Below are positions 10,038 through 18,718 of a stretch of DNA of 36,528 nt, one piece after another. The position numbers and the translations under genes were made by a program. The DNA lies in the sequence record SRR33789315_102; one strand, given 5' to 3'. Below the pieces are notes generated by a model that saw nothing but the letters and a program-made list of their open reading frames with translations, made no database searches and was not told the origin of the DNA. Position 1 is the stretch's first letter. Every line of letters begins with the position of its first letter.

Positions 10038-11714
10038 TTAAAATTCATCCGTTACACAACCTTCTGAGGCTGAAGAAACGGTTTTTACATATTTATAGAG
10101 AATGCCTTTATCAAACTTTAATTCAGGCTGTTTCCAATTCTTTTTTCTTGCGCTTAATTCTTCTTCACTTACTGCCACATCTATGGTATTGCTTTCTGCA
10201 TCAATAGTGATTAAATCACCATCTTCTACTAAGCCTATCACACCACCTGTTTGTGCTTCTGGTGTTATATGTCCTACCACAAAACCATGCGTACCACCAG
10301 AGAACCTTCCGTCTGTAATTAAAGCGACCTCTTTACCTAATCCAGCACCCATTATGGCTGCTGTAGGTTTAAGCATTTCGGGCATTCCTGGCCCACCTTT
10401 AGGTCCTTCATAACGTATAACGACTACATCTCCTTTTTCAACTTTCCCCGTGCGAATACCATTATTGGCTTCAAACTCACCATTAAAAACTTTGGCTTTG
10501 CCTGAAAATTTAAGTCCTTCTTTTCCTGTTATTTTTGCTACACTACCTTCTGTAGCTAGGTTTCCGTAAAGAATCCTGATATGTCCTGTTGCTTTTATTG
10601 GGTTTTCTGTGGTATGAATCACCTCTTGTCCCGCTATTAAATCTGGCACATCGGCAAGATTTTCTGCCAAGGTTTTACCAGAAACGGTAAGACAATCACC
10701 GTGTAACATTCCTTTCTCGAGCATGTATTTTAAAACAGCTGGCACACCTCCCACATTATGAAGATCTTCCATAAGATACTTACCACTTGGCTTTAAGTCT
10801 GCCAAAAAGGGTGTCGTGTCACTTATACGTTGAAAATCTGCTAGTGTGAAACTAATATTTGCTGCTTTGGCTATAGCTAAAAAGTGCAATACCGCATTGG
10901 TAGAACCTCCTAACACCGTAACCAATCGTATGGCGTTTTCTAAAGACTTAGGTGTAACAATATCTGACGGTTTTATGTCTTTCTCCACCAAATGTTTTAA
11001 AGCTGCTCCTAAGCGCTTACACTCTTCTTCTTTATTAGAACTTACAGCTGGGTTTGAAGAGTTATATGGCAATGCCATTCCTAAAGCTTCTATTGCCGAA
11101 GCCATTGTATTTGCTGTATACATACCGCCACAAGCACCAGCACCAGGACAAGCTTTATTTATAACACTTTTAAATTCTGCTTCATCTATTTTTCCTGAAA
11201 CTTTAGATCCCCAAGCTTCAAAAGCTGAAACTACATCTAGTTTTTTACCATTATGACATCCGGGAGCAATTGTACCTCCATATACTAATATGGATGGACG
11301 ATTTAAGCGCAACATAGCCATTAATGCTCCTGGCATGTTTTTATCGCATCCCACCACTGTAACTAGCCCATCATAAGACATGGCTTGCACAACAGTTTCC
11401 ATAGAATCTGCTATAATATCTCTAGAAGGTAACGAATATCGCATACCCTGTGTTCCCATCGAGATACCATCACTGACTCCTATGGTATGAAAAATCAATC
11501 CGACTAATCCTGACTGATCTACTCCTTCTTTGACCAAGGTCGCCAGATCATTTAAATGCATATTGCAAGGATTACCTTGATAACCTGTACTTGCAATACC
11601 TATAAAGGGTTTTTTAAAATCTTCATCTGTTAATCCTATCGCGTGTAACATAGCCTGTGCAGCTGGTTGTGTAGGATCCTGCGTAACTGCTTTACTGTAT
11701 TTGTTTAATTCCAT
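10038..11714 (-). CDS. ilvD: Dihydroxy-acid dehydratase
   Basis: [25 protein letters not shown] and TDGRFSG motifs. Confidence 0.97.
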   Translation of the reverse strand: MELNKYSKAVTQDPTQPAAQAMLHAIGLTDEDFKKPFIGIASTGYQGNPCNMHLNDLATLVKEGVDQSGLVGLIFHTIGVSDGISMGTQGMRYSLPSRDIIADSMETVVQAMSYDGLVTVVGCDKNMPGALMAMLRLNRPSILVYGGTIAPGCHNGKKLDVVSAFEAWGSKVSGKIDEAEFKSVINKACPGAGACGGMYTANTMASAIEALGMALPYNSSNPAVSSNKEEECKRLGAALKHLVEKDIKPSDIVTPKSLENAIRLVTVLGGSTNAVLHFLAIAKAANISFTLADFQRISDTTPFLADLKPSGKYLMEDLHNVGGVPAVLKYMLEKGMLHGDCLTVSGKTLAENLADVPDLIAGQEVIHTTENPIKATGHIRILYGNLATEGSVAKITGKEGLKFSGKAKVFNGEFEANNGIRTGKVEKGDVVVIRYEGPKGGPGMPEMLKPTAAIMGAGLGKEVALITDGRFSGGTHGFVVGHITPEAQTGGVIGLVEDGDLITIDAESNTIDVAVSEEELSARKKNWKQPELKFDKGILYKYVKTVSSASEGCVTDEF

Positions 11715-11921
11715 AACTAAAGTCTAGTTCGAAAGTACTATAAGGTTTTATTAAAAAATATTTAAAACTATAAGTGCTTCAACTTCAAATTGGTTTATTT
11801 TTATTATAAATATTTATTATTCAGCTATTTAACTTAATTATTTTACTATATTCAGTTAATAATAAGTTCATTAAATACTTGAGTATTTTAAAATTGAATT
11901 CTTAAAATACCGATTAATTCC

Positions 11922-11950
11922 AAAAAAAAACCTTCCGCTATTGCGGAAGG
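11922..11950 (-). terminator. Intrinsic terminator of the ilv attenuator
   Basis: Perfect 8-bp stem CCTTCCGC-AATA-GCGGAAGG followed by 9 T on the minus strand. Confidence 0.9.
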
Positions 11951-11985
11951 CCTTTTATATATTTACAGCAACTCTACCCGCATTA

Positions 11986-12045
11986 TTAATTTAATTTGCC
12001 AATGCGAATGACACCAAGTAGGTTTATTGCTTCTGTTTTTATCAT
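11986..12045 (-). CDS. ilv leader peptide MIKTEAINLLGVIRIGKLN* (19 aa)
   Basis: Translated by hand; 8 of 19 residues are I/L/V. Overlaps segment 1 of alternative hairpins and lies upstream of the terminator and ilvD. Confidence 0.75.
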   Translation of the reverse strand: MIKTEAINLLGVIRIGKLN

Positions 12046-12049
12046 ACAT

Positions 12050-12080
12050 CAAATGTACTTCAAATATTAAATTCAAGCAA
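12050..12080 (-). promoter_or_regulatory. Bacteroidota-type promoter for the ilv leader
   Basis: Exact -7 box TACATTTG (12057-12050) with TTG 20 nt upstream. Confidence 0.7.
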
Positions 12081-12097
12081 TTACTTAATCGATAATT

Positions 12098-12745
12098 TTA
12101 AGAATCAATCAACTTGTTTTTAAATGCATACAATACCAAGCCTATTCTGTTTTTAACTTCTAGTTTTTTAAATAGATTATCCCGGTAGTTATCTATTGTC
12201 TTTGGACTTAGACACATCACATCTGCAATTTCTTTATAGGTCTTCTCAGAACACGCCAGTTCTAAAAACTCTAGCTCTCTCGAAGAAAAGTTATCTACTA
12301 TTCTTTCTACATTTCTGTTATTAACACTGTCTAATAATGCCTGGGTTACCTGATCTGAATAGTAATGACCTTTTTTAACAAGCTCTTTTAATGCCTGCTC
12401 TAACATATCTGGGTGAATGTCTTTAAGCAAATAGCCTCTGCTGCCTAATCGCAACATTTTGATTATCGTTTCTTCATCATCATCCATAGAGAGGGCTAAC
12501 ACTTTAATATCTGGCTTTTCCTTAACAAGCCACTCCATCGTCTCAAAACCATTGCGTACCGGCATATTAATATCTAAAAGAAGTATATCCGGATTTACAT
12601 TAAAATTATCTAGTTTATTAATAAGGTCTACTCCATTTTTTGCAATAAAAACCACATTGAAGTTATCAAAACTACTTATCAATCTTTGCAAAGACTCTGC
12701 AAAAAGCACGTGATCATCAACAATACCTACTTTATAAACACTCAT
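12098..12745 (-). CDS. NarL/LuxR-family response regulator
   Basis: REC domain (VDDH, LLDINMP, GYLLK) plus LuxR HTH (SSRELEFLEL...YKEIADVMCLSPKTIDNYR). Confidence 0.93.
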   Translation of the reverse strand: MSVYKVGIVDDHVLFAESLQRLISSFDNFNVVFIAKNGVDLINKLDNFNVNPDILLLDINMPVRNGFETMEWLVKEKPDIKVLALSMDDDEETIIKMLRLGSRGYLLKDIHPDMLEQALKELVKKGHYYSDQVTQALLDSVNNRNVERIVDNFSSRELEFLELACSEKTYKEIADVMCLSPKTIDNYRDNLFKKLEVKNRIGLVLYAFKNKLIDS

Positions 12746-12811
12746 AATTAACTAATTTTGAGATAGATACTTACTAATATCTTTTAAATTTAAGGATTAA
12801 AACTCCATAAA

Positions 12812-13657
12812 TTACATTTCTCTATATTCTTTTATCTTTCTTTTAGGGTATTTAATTTTTAATGTTGTACCCACATTGGGTTGAGAATCAAGTTTAAAAG
12901 AAGCTCCTATAAGTTTTGCTCTACTCTCCATATTAATTAAACCAGAATTTTTACTTATAGTTTCCATATCAAACCCTACTCCATCATCCTTAATACTTAT
13001 TTCCAGGCTCTTTTCTTTATAATTTAAAGACATGGTTAAACTTTCTCCCTTTGCGTGTTTAATCACATTACTAAAGAATTCTTGTATAATTCTAAACAAT
13101 ACTAAGCTGTCGTAATTAGACAAAGACCATGGTTTACCTTTACATTCATAATCTACATCAAGGTATTTTAGTCGCTCAAATCGTTTTAGTTCGTTCTCTA
13201 TAGCATCAACAAGACCCAATTTACTAATCACCTCAATATTAAGTCCTTTTGAAAGTGCTCTAACTTCTTGTAATGATTTACTTACAAGTTCTTTTATCTC
13301 TACTACAGAATCATCCTCCTGTTTTCTGCACAAAATATTAAGCTCTAGATTTGCTACCGAAAGTAGTTGCCCAACATTATCATGTAATTCCCAACTCACA
13401 TTTTTTAAAGCATTTTCCTGTATTTCTAATTGTGATTTGGTCACCTCTTCTAAGTATCGCTTCTCTGCTAAATTACGCTCTCTTATAAACTTAATTTTAC
13501 GTCTTTGAAATATGGTAAAGAGTACAATTACAATAAGCATAAAAGTAAAAAGCACAATAGATGATGCAATAACCAGATGTCTTACCTCATCATTACTTGC
13601 GAAATTATCCTTCTGATCACTATAAATTAAGTAAAAGATGACAGATGTTCTAATCAA
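12812..13657 (-). CDS. Histidine kinase (HisKA_3 + HATPase) with one N-terminal TM helix and no sensor domain
   Basis: WELHDNVGQ H-box, EFFSNVIKHA N-box, DDGVGF and GLINM G-boxes. Start position uncertain. Confidence 0.9.
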   Translation of the reverse strand: MIRTSVIFYLIYSDQKDNFASNDEVRHLVIASSIVLFTFMLIVIVLFTIFQRRKIKFIRERNLAEKRYLEEVTKSQLEIQENALKNVSWELHDNVGQLLSVANLELNILCRKQEDDSVVEIKELVSKSLQEVRALSKGLNIEVISKLGLVDAIENELKRFERLKYLDVDYECKGKPWSLSNYDSLVLFRIIQEFFSNVIKHAKGESLTMSLNYKEKSLEISIKDDGVGFDMETISKNSGLINMESRAKLIGASFKLDSQPNVGTTLKIKYPKRKIKEYREM

Positions 13658-14318
13658 AATTAGTATTTGGTTTAACAGGATGCTCTACTCTATCAGGCTC
13701 TACCACTATAAAGGCTAATGCTATGCAACTATATTGTATTACATTTAAAATAAACAATACTGTTGTCCATAAGTTAGGATCATTTTTCTCAAAAAAACCT
13801 TGAAATAATTCAAAGGGAAGATACACAACACAAAACAATAATGTGCCAAAAGCTACCCAAAAGTAAGGTGATTTAGAGACATTCAATACTACCTCTTCTG
13901 TATTAAGCATTTCACTTAAATATAAACCTATACTTATAGTAAGGAAAATTGTACCTAACACATAGGTATAACTCAAGAAATTTGAGGTGAAATCAAGAAA
14001 TAAAGCATTACCAAGCCAAAAAATAACGAAAATAAAAAGTAACGCAAGCATTATCCTTCTTAATAATTTAGATTTAATTAACTCAGAATACCACCAAATA
14101 AAAAATCCGAAATAGACTAAATAAAAAATATTATACGGTATATAATTAGGTATTTTAAACCAAGGGTAGGATATACCTGCAAAAAAATCATTTAAAGCAA
14201 CATACCACAACAACAAAAGAACATATTTTAGCTTTTCATGTTTAAATTTTCGATAATTTAATGTACCTATTACCGCCGCAACAAGTTCTAAGTATTGCGA
14301 ATACCCGCTTAATTCCAT
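13650..14318 (-). CDS. Polytopic membrane protein (about 7 hydrophobic helices), candidate receptor
   Basis: Repeated hydrophobic segments; stop overlaps the kinase ORF start. Confidence 0.8.
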   Translation of the reverse strand: MELSGYSQYLELVAAVIGTLNYRKFKHEKLKYVLLLLWYVALNDFFAGISYPWFKIPNYIPYNIFYLVYFGFFIWWYSELIKSKLLRRIMLALLFIFVIFWLGNALFLDFTSNFLSYTYVLGTIFLTISIGLYLSEMLNTEEVVLNVSKSPYFWVAFGTLLFCVVYLPFELFQGFFEKNDPNLWTTVLFILNVIQYSCIALAFIVVEPDRVEHPVKPNTNFD

Positions 14319-14329
14319 TAATAGTTTTA

Positions 14330-14743
14330 TTAATTTTCATATGACTTAGTTGGTGGATTACCAGCATGTCCCTTATTAAAAGCACTAGCGCCAGGAATAT
14401 CATCACTCGCTGTAGTCTTAGTTGATAAAGTTTTTTCAGGAGCAGATAATTTATTACCCGTAGGAGCCATAAATAATGTTGTTCCTGTATTTGAAGAATC
14501 ACTAGGATAGGTTCCTAAATATATACGAATGCCATCTAGTGTATAACCATTTTTTTGAGCCTCCTGTTCTGCATAAGCTAAAAACTGCTTAATATCTGCT
14601 AAACGCCACCATACAGATCTATTCTCTGTAGAATCTAAAGATTTACCAATAGCAGTAGTACGTACTCGTGTATATTCTACATCTAACATTTTTGCATCTT
14701 CGGGAGAAATTGTTCCTGCTGGAGCGCTTACTTGATCTGCCAT
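14330..14743 (-). CDS. Hypothetical 137-aa soluble protein leading the signalling module
   Basis: Clean ORF 11 bp upstream of the membrane protein. Motifs RSVWW, GIRIYLGTYP, TLFMAPT and C-terminal NKGHAGNPP. Confidence 0.8.
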   Translation of the reverse strand: MADQVSAPAGTISPEDAKMLDVEYTRVRTTAIGKSLDSTENRSVWWRLADIKQFLAYAEQEAQKNGYTLDGIRIYLGTYPSDSSNTGTTLFMAPTGNKLSAPEKTLSTKTTASDDIPGASAFNKGHAGNPPTKSYEN

Positions 14744-14915
14744 GATTTTATATTTTAAAAGTTATAATTCCTGAGATAAGTGTAGTTCTTTAATATCGTA
14801 TACATTCTTTTAAAAATTGATTTTATAAACTAATTATACGGCATGTATAAACTCCTACTGAATATAAATTTTTATCTAAAGTAATGGAATAGTTTAAGAG
14901 TCTCTAATTTCAATC

Positions 14916-14959
14916 AAAAAAAGGGGGAAAATCCCTTTTTTTTAAGGTGAAAAACTCTA
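14916..14959. promoter_or_regulatory. Inverted repeat (possible pxpC terminator) and/or tandem regulator boxes
   Basis: AAAAAAAGGG-GGAAAAT-CCCTTTTTTTT hairpin. Related 16-mers at 14922-14937 and 14944-14959. Confidence 0.5.
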
Positions 14960-14982
14960 GAAAAGCACTAGTTCTTGCAACC

Positions 14983-15837
14983 TCAATCAATTTTAATATC
15001 AAAAACAACTTTCGATCCTGCGGGTTTCTGAGACAATGCACAAATGCCCATTTCAGTAAGTTGTAGAATCCTAGGATATCCTCCTGTAACCTGACAATCC
15101 CGCATCAAAACGATTACATTCCCTAATGGTGTAAGTTGCACCGTTCCAGGCAATACAGGAGCCGTAACCAAACCTTTAAAGTTATTATCTATCAAATTTT
15201 CAAACTGAAATGCCATTCGATTACTACTGCTAATAACCGTAAGCGCGGTTTGCAACAAATTCTGTTTGTGATTATGAGAGAGTAACTCAAATTCTGGACC
15301 CGGACAAACATCAATAGCCGTATTAAATATTTCGCTTTCGCGAAAATTCACCCGAGCATAATCTATTGTATTTGTATTTCCTTCATAAACCGGAAGCAAA
15401 TCACCTTTAGACAATTTACTTGCCTTTGTAATCCCTTTATACATACTTCTACTCCCCAATACCAGTTCTGTTTGAAAACCTCCAGCAATAGCTAAATATG
15501 CACAAAGCCCTTTAACCAGCTTTTTAAATGTCAATTTATCACCCGTAGCTACAGTATAGGTCTTGTTCATTTTTAACTCAAGGTCATTTAAGTAAAACAG
15601 AAAATGGGCACCCGTAATGGCAATTGTAGTTTTTCCTGTAAATTCTAGAATTGGACCTTGCATTATAATTTCAAGAACCGCATCGTTTTTATCATTATTG
15701 AGTAATAAATTAGCTCTTTGAGCTGAAATCGAATCCATAGCTCCGCTAATAGGAACTCCAAATTTGGCATATCCATATCTACCCAAATCCTGAACAGTAG
15801 TAAAAAACCCAGGATGAATCACTTTAACCGAATTCAT
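14983..15837 (-). CDS. pxpC: 5-oxoprolinase subunit C (carboxyltransferase A/B family)
   Basis: TTVQDLGRYG, GVPISGAMD and DCQVTGGYPRI motifs. Confidence 0.9.
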   Translation of the reverse strand: MNSVKVIHPGFFTTVQDLGRYGYAKFGVPISGAMDSISAQRANLLLNNDKNDAVLEIIMQGPILEFTGKTTIAITGAHFLFYLNDLELKMNKTYTVATGDKLTFKKLVKGLCAYLAIAGGFQTELVLGSRSMYKGITKASKLSKGDLLPVYEGNTNTIDYARVNFRESEIFNTAIDVCPGPEFELLSHNHKQNLLQTALTVISSSNRMAFQFENLIDNNFKGLVTAPVLPGTVQLTPLGNVIVLMRDCQVTGGYPRILQLTEMGICALSQKPAGSKVVFDIKID

Positions 15838-16559
15838 ATCTTTTCTGGAATCAAATGATAATTTCCTAACTGGGATTGAGTCAAAATATTTTGATGTTCT
15901 TCTTCATCTATTTCATAAAACTGAATCTTATCTCCAGCACTAAAAAGCGAGGGTTTTTCTAGCCGAATATTAAAAAGATTAATGGGACAATTTCCTATAA
16001 TTTGCCACCCTCCTGGGCTTTCATCAGGGTAAATTCCGGTTTGATTTTCAGCTATCCCTACTGCTCCTTTTTGAACACTTGCACGAGGCGTGTTTCTACG
16101 TGGAGTTGCTATGCTATTTTCTAATCCGCCTAAGTAAAGAAAGCCCGGTAAAAAACCTATAAAATAAAGTAGATAATCTGGCTTTGTATGATGCTCAATT
16201 ATTTCTTCTTTGGATAATCCGGTTGAGATACTAACAGCATCCATGTCTATTCCAAAAAAACTATAGCATACTGGTAAGCGCCATAGAGAACGGGAAAACT
16301 GATTTGGTAAATCAACATTAAAATCATTAGCCTCTAATAGCTTAAAATCACTATAAACATTATCTATACTTAAAGTGTAAACAACACATAATGAATTATA
16401 TGTGTTTATAACCTCAACAGATGATTTAACTAATAATTGTTCTACTCTTTGTTTAGCATTAAGTAAAAACAAAAGCGATTTTTCTTCAATATCCAACTCC
16501 CACTGAAGTAGAATACCACGATCTCCTAATCTGGTTATATGGGGTTTTAAAGATTCTAT
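15834..16559 (-). CDS. pxpB: 5-oxoprolinase subunit B; start probably upstream of the ORF-track TTG at 16496, at ATA 16559
   Basis: IGFLPGFLYL, TPR and GIYPDESPGGWQIIG motifs. The open upstream frame encodes the typical ITRLGDRGILLQW N-terminus. Confidence 0.85.
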   Translation of the reverse strand: MESLKPHITRLGDRGILLQWELDIEEKSLLFLLNAKQRVEQLLVKSSVEVINTYNSLCVVYTLSIDNVYSDFKLLEANDFNVDLPNQFSRSLWRLPVCYSFFGIDMDAVSISTGLSKEEIIEHHTKPDYLLYFIGFLPGFLYLGGLENSIATPRRNTPRASVQKGAVGIAENQTGIYPDESPGGWQIIGNCPINLFNIRLEKPSLFSAGDKIQFYEIDEEEHQNILTQSQLGNYHLIPEKI

Positions 16560-16560
16560 A

Positions 16561-17292
16561 TTAGCTTATTTTTATTCCGTGTAAAGGAAGGTTTATCTGT
16601 AAATATTTAATAATTTCAACTGCATTTGGCGTGTCTCCATGAACGCATATCGTATCTACTTTTATCTCTTTTTCACCACCAGAAATCACATTGACTTTTT
16701 CTTCTAAAACCATATTTTTTACTTGATCTAGGATCTCAAGAGTATCTGTTATTAATGCATTTTTTTGATCTCTTGAAACCAAATTTAAGTCTTCCTGATA
16801 GCTACGATCTGCAAACCCTTCAAAAGCTAATTTAACACCTTTAGATGGTAAGGATTTTATAACCGAATTTACTGGAATATATAGATGCAAATCGCTATAA
16901 TATTCTTGCATCAATCCGAGTAACATTCTAGCATAATTCACATCTTGATTGCAACTATGATACAACGCGCCATGCGCTTTTATATGATTGACTTCAACAT
17001 TGTTTAGCTTACATATAGCTACTACCCTATCTATTTGCTCTTTGATATTTGCACTTAATTCGTCGATAGGCATAGCTACATATTTCCTACCAAAATGCTC
17101 TCGATCTGGAAAAGAAGGATGCGCTCCTATTTTCACTCGATTTTGCTTTGCTAACAATACTGCTTCGGTTATACTGTCAATAGATCCTGTATGACCACCA
17201 CAGGCAATACTACACGAACTTATATAAGGCATGAGTTCTTTTTCATTACCTATGCCTTCACCTACATCACAATTAAGATCTATTTTAATCAT
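16561..17292 (-). CDS. pxpA: 5-oxoprolinase subunit A (LamB/YcsF family)
   Basis: IDLNCDVGEG, IACGGH, GAHPSFPD, HIKAHGALY and CVHGD motifs. Confidence 0.93.
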   Translation of the reverse strand: MIKIDLNCDVGEGIGNEKELMPYISSCSIACGGHTGSIDSITEAVLLAKQNRVKIGAHPSFPDREHFGRKYVAMPIDELSANIKEQIDRVVAICKLNNVEVNHIKAHGALYHSCNQDVNYARMLLGLMQEYYSDLHLYIPVNSVIKSLPSKGVKLAFEGFADRSYQEDLNLVSRDQKNALITDTLEILDQVKNMVLEEKVNVISGGEKEIKVDTICVHGDTPNAVEIIKYLQINLPLHGIKIS

Positions 17293-17316
17293 AAAATAAA
17301 AAGTTTAGAAATAGAA

Positions 17317-18648
17317 TCAGCCAGCTTTACTTAACCTAGCAGTTTTAGGTACCAAAAACAATAGAACCACTCCTATTGCAAAAAATATAATGAAAAACAG
17401 TATTGCATACCGAATGCTTCCTGTGAGTTGTGCCACATAGCCATAACTAAGCATCCCAATCACAATACCTATTTTTTCTGAAACATCATAAAAACTAAAA
17501 TAAGATGCCGTATCCGGCTCGCCTTCTGGTATTAATTTAGAATAAGTAGAGCGTGATAGAGACTGAATACCTCCCATAACCAATCCTACAAAAGCAGCAG
17601 TAACATAAAACTGAACAGGTGAATTAATGGTATAGGCATAGATACAGATTACAATCCATACACAATTTATAAAAATCAAGGTAGGAATATTACCAAAGCG
17701 CGCAGATCCCTTTGATGTCAAATAAGCGCCTAAAATTGCCACGAGCTGTATTAAAAGTATACTTACAATTAATCCCGTTGTACTATCTGTATCTCCCCAA
17801 TCTAATTCTTCTATACCAAAATAGGTAGCAACTAGCATAATGGTTTGCACAGCCATACTATACACAAAGAAGGCCATTAGATAGCGTTTTAAAGGCTTAT
17901 CATGTTTTAGCTTTCCCCAGATCTTCTTAAGTTCTTTAAACCCATTAAACATTACATGTTTGCTGAATTTTTCTTTCTTATTTCCTTTAGGTAAATAATA
18001 ATAGGTATACTGACTAAAGCCAATCCACCAAATACCCGTTAATACAAAAGATAATCTAGTAGGTAGCCCTTCATCTTTAAATCCAAATTTATCATACATC
18101 AATATCATCGCTAGACAGAGAATAAGCAGTAAAACGCTTCCTATATAGCCTAAGGAGTACCCTTTTGCACTAATCTTATCTTGTTGGTTTGGATATGCTA
18201 TATCGGGTAGATAAGAATTGTAAAATACTAAACTGCCCCAAAAACCTATAAGAGCTAAAAAATAACAAAGAAGACCAAACCATAGGTTTTCCATACTAAA
18301 CCAAAACAGTCCAATACAACTAACGGCACCCAGATAACAAAAGAATTTCATAAATATCTTTTTATTGCCTACATAATCTGCAATACCAGACAATAGCGGA
18401 CTAAGAAACGATACTATAAGAAAAGCAAATGCCGTAACATAACTTATCAACGTATCGTTATTAAAATCAATTCCTAGAAAATTTACTGTATCGTCTATGA
18501 TTTTACCATCTTTTTTGACCAAAGTAATGGCGCCGTAAAAAATGGGGAATATTGCAGATGTGACTACTAAGCTATACACTGAATTTGCCCAGTCATAAAA
18601 TGCCCATGCATGTAATAATTTTTTACTTCCTTTTTCTAATGCTCTCAT
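17317..18648 (-). CDS. MFS transporter (UMF1/Atg22-like)
   Basis: WAFYDWANS N-terminal motif and about 12 hydrophobic segments. Confidence 0.88.
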   Translation of the reverse strand: MRALEKGSKKLLHAWAFYDWANSVYSLVVTSAIFPIFYGAITLVKKDGKIIDDTVNFLGIDFNNDTLISYVTAFAFLIVSFLSPLLSGIADYVGNKKIFMKFFCYLGAVSCIGLFWFSMENLWFGLLCYFLALIGFWGSLVFYNSYLPDIAYPNQQDKISAKGYSLGYIGSVLLLILCLAMILMYDKFGFKDEGLPTRLSFVLTGIWWIGFSQYTYYYLPKGNKKEKFSKHVMFNGFKELKKIWGKLKHDKPLKRYLMAFFVYSMAVQTIMLVATYFGIEELDWGDTDSTTGLIVSILLIQLVAILGAYLTSKGSARFGNIPTLIFINCVWIVICIYAYTINSPVQFYVTAAFVGLVMGGIQSLSRSTYSKLIPEGEPDTASYFSFYDVSEKIGIVIGMLSYGYVAQLTGSIRYAILFFIIFFAIGVVLLFLVPKTARLSKAG

Positions 18649-18673
18649 TGCTCTTGGTTAAAACCACTAAAAT

Positions 18674-18701
18674 AAAAAAGCCGTTCATGAGAACGGCTTT
18701 T
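18674..18701 (-). terminator. Intrinsic terminator after the M48 peptidase
   Basis: AAAAGCCGTTC-TCAT-GAACGGCTTTTTT on the minus strand. Confidence 0.85.
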
Positions 18702-18718
18702 AAAATTTAATTTTTTGA

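Noticed and set aside
25-11256. Short plus-strand ORFs (25-243, 462-674, 760-963, 2523-2849, 3940-4185, 6493-6768, 6512-6706, 10102-10413, 10846-11256)
   Set aside because: Antisense shadows of well-supported minus-strand genes, with no recognisable motifs.
11963-12049. Alternative leader frame MYDKNRSNKPTWCHSHWQIKLIMRVELL* with I/L/V near its end
   Set aside because: Its ATG abuts the -7 box and lies upstream of the predicted TSS, and its I/L/V codons overlap segment 2, which does not fit attenuation logic. It could only be used on read-through transcripts.
14242-14502. 86-aa minus-strand ORF overlapping the 137-aa and 222-aa genes
   Set aside because: Out-of-frame overlap of two better-supported ORFs; no motif.
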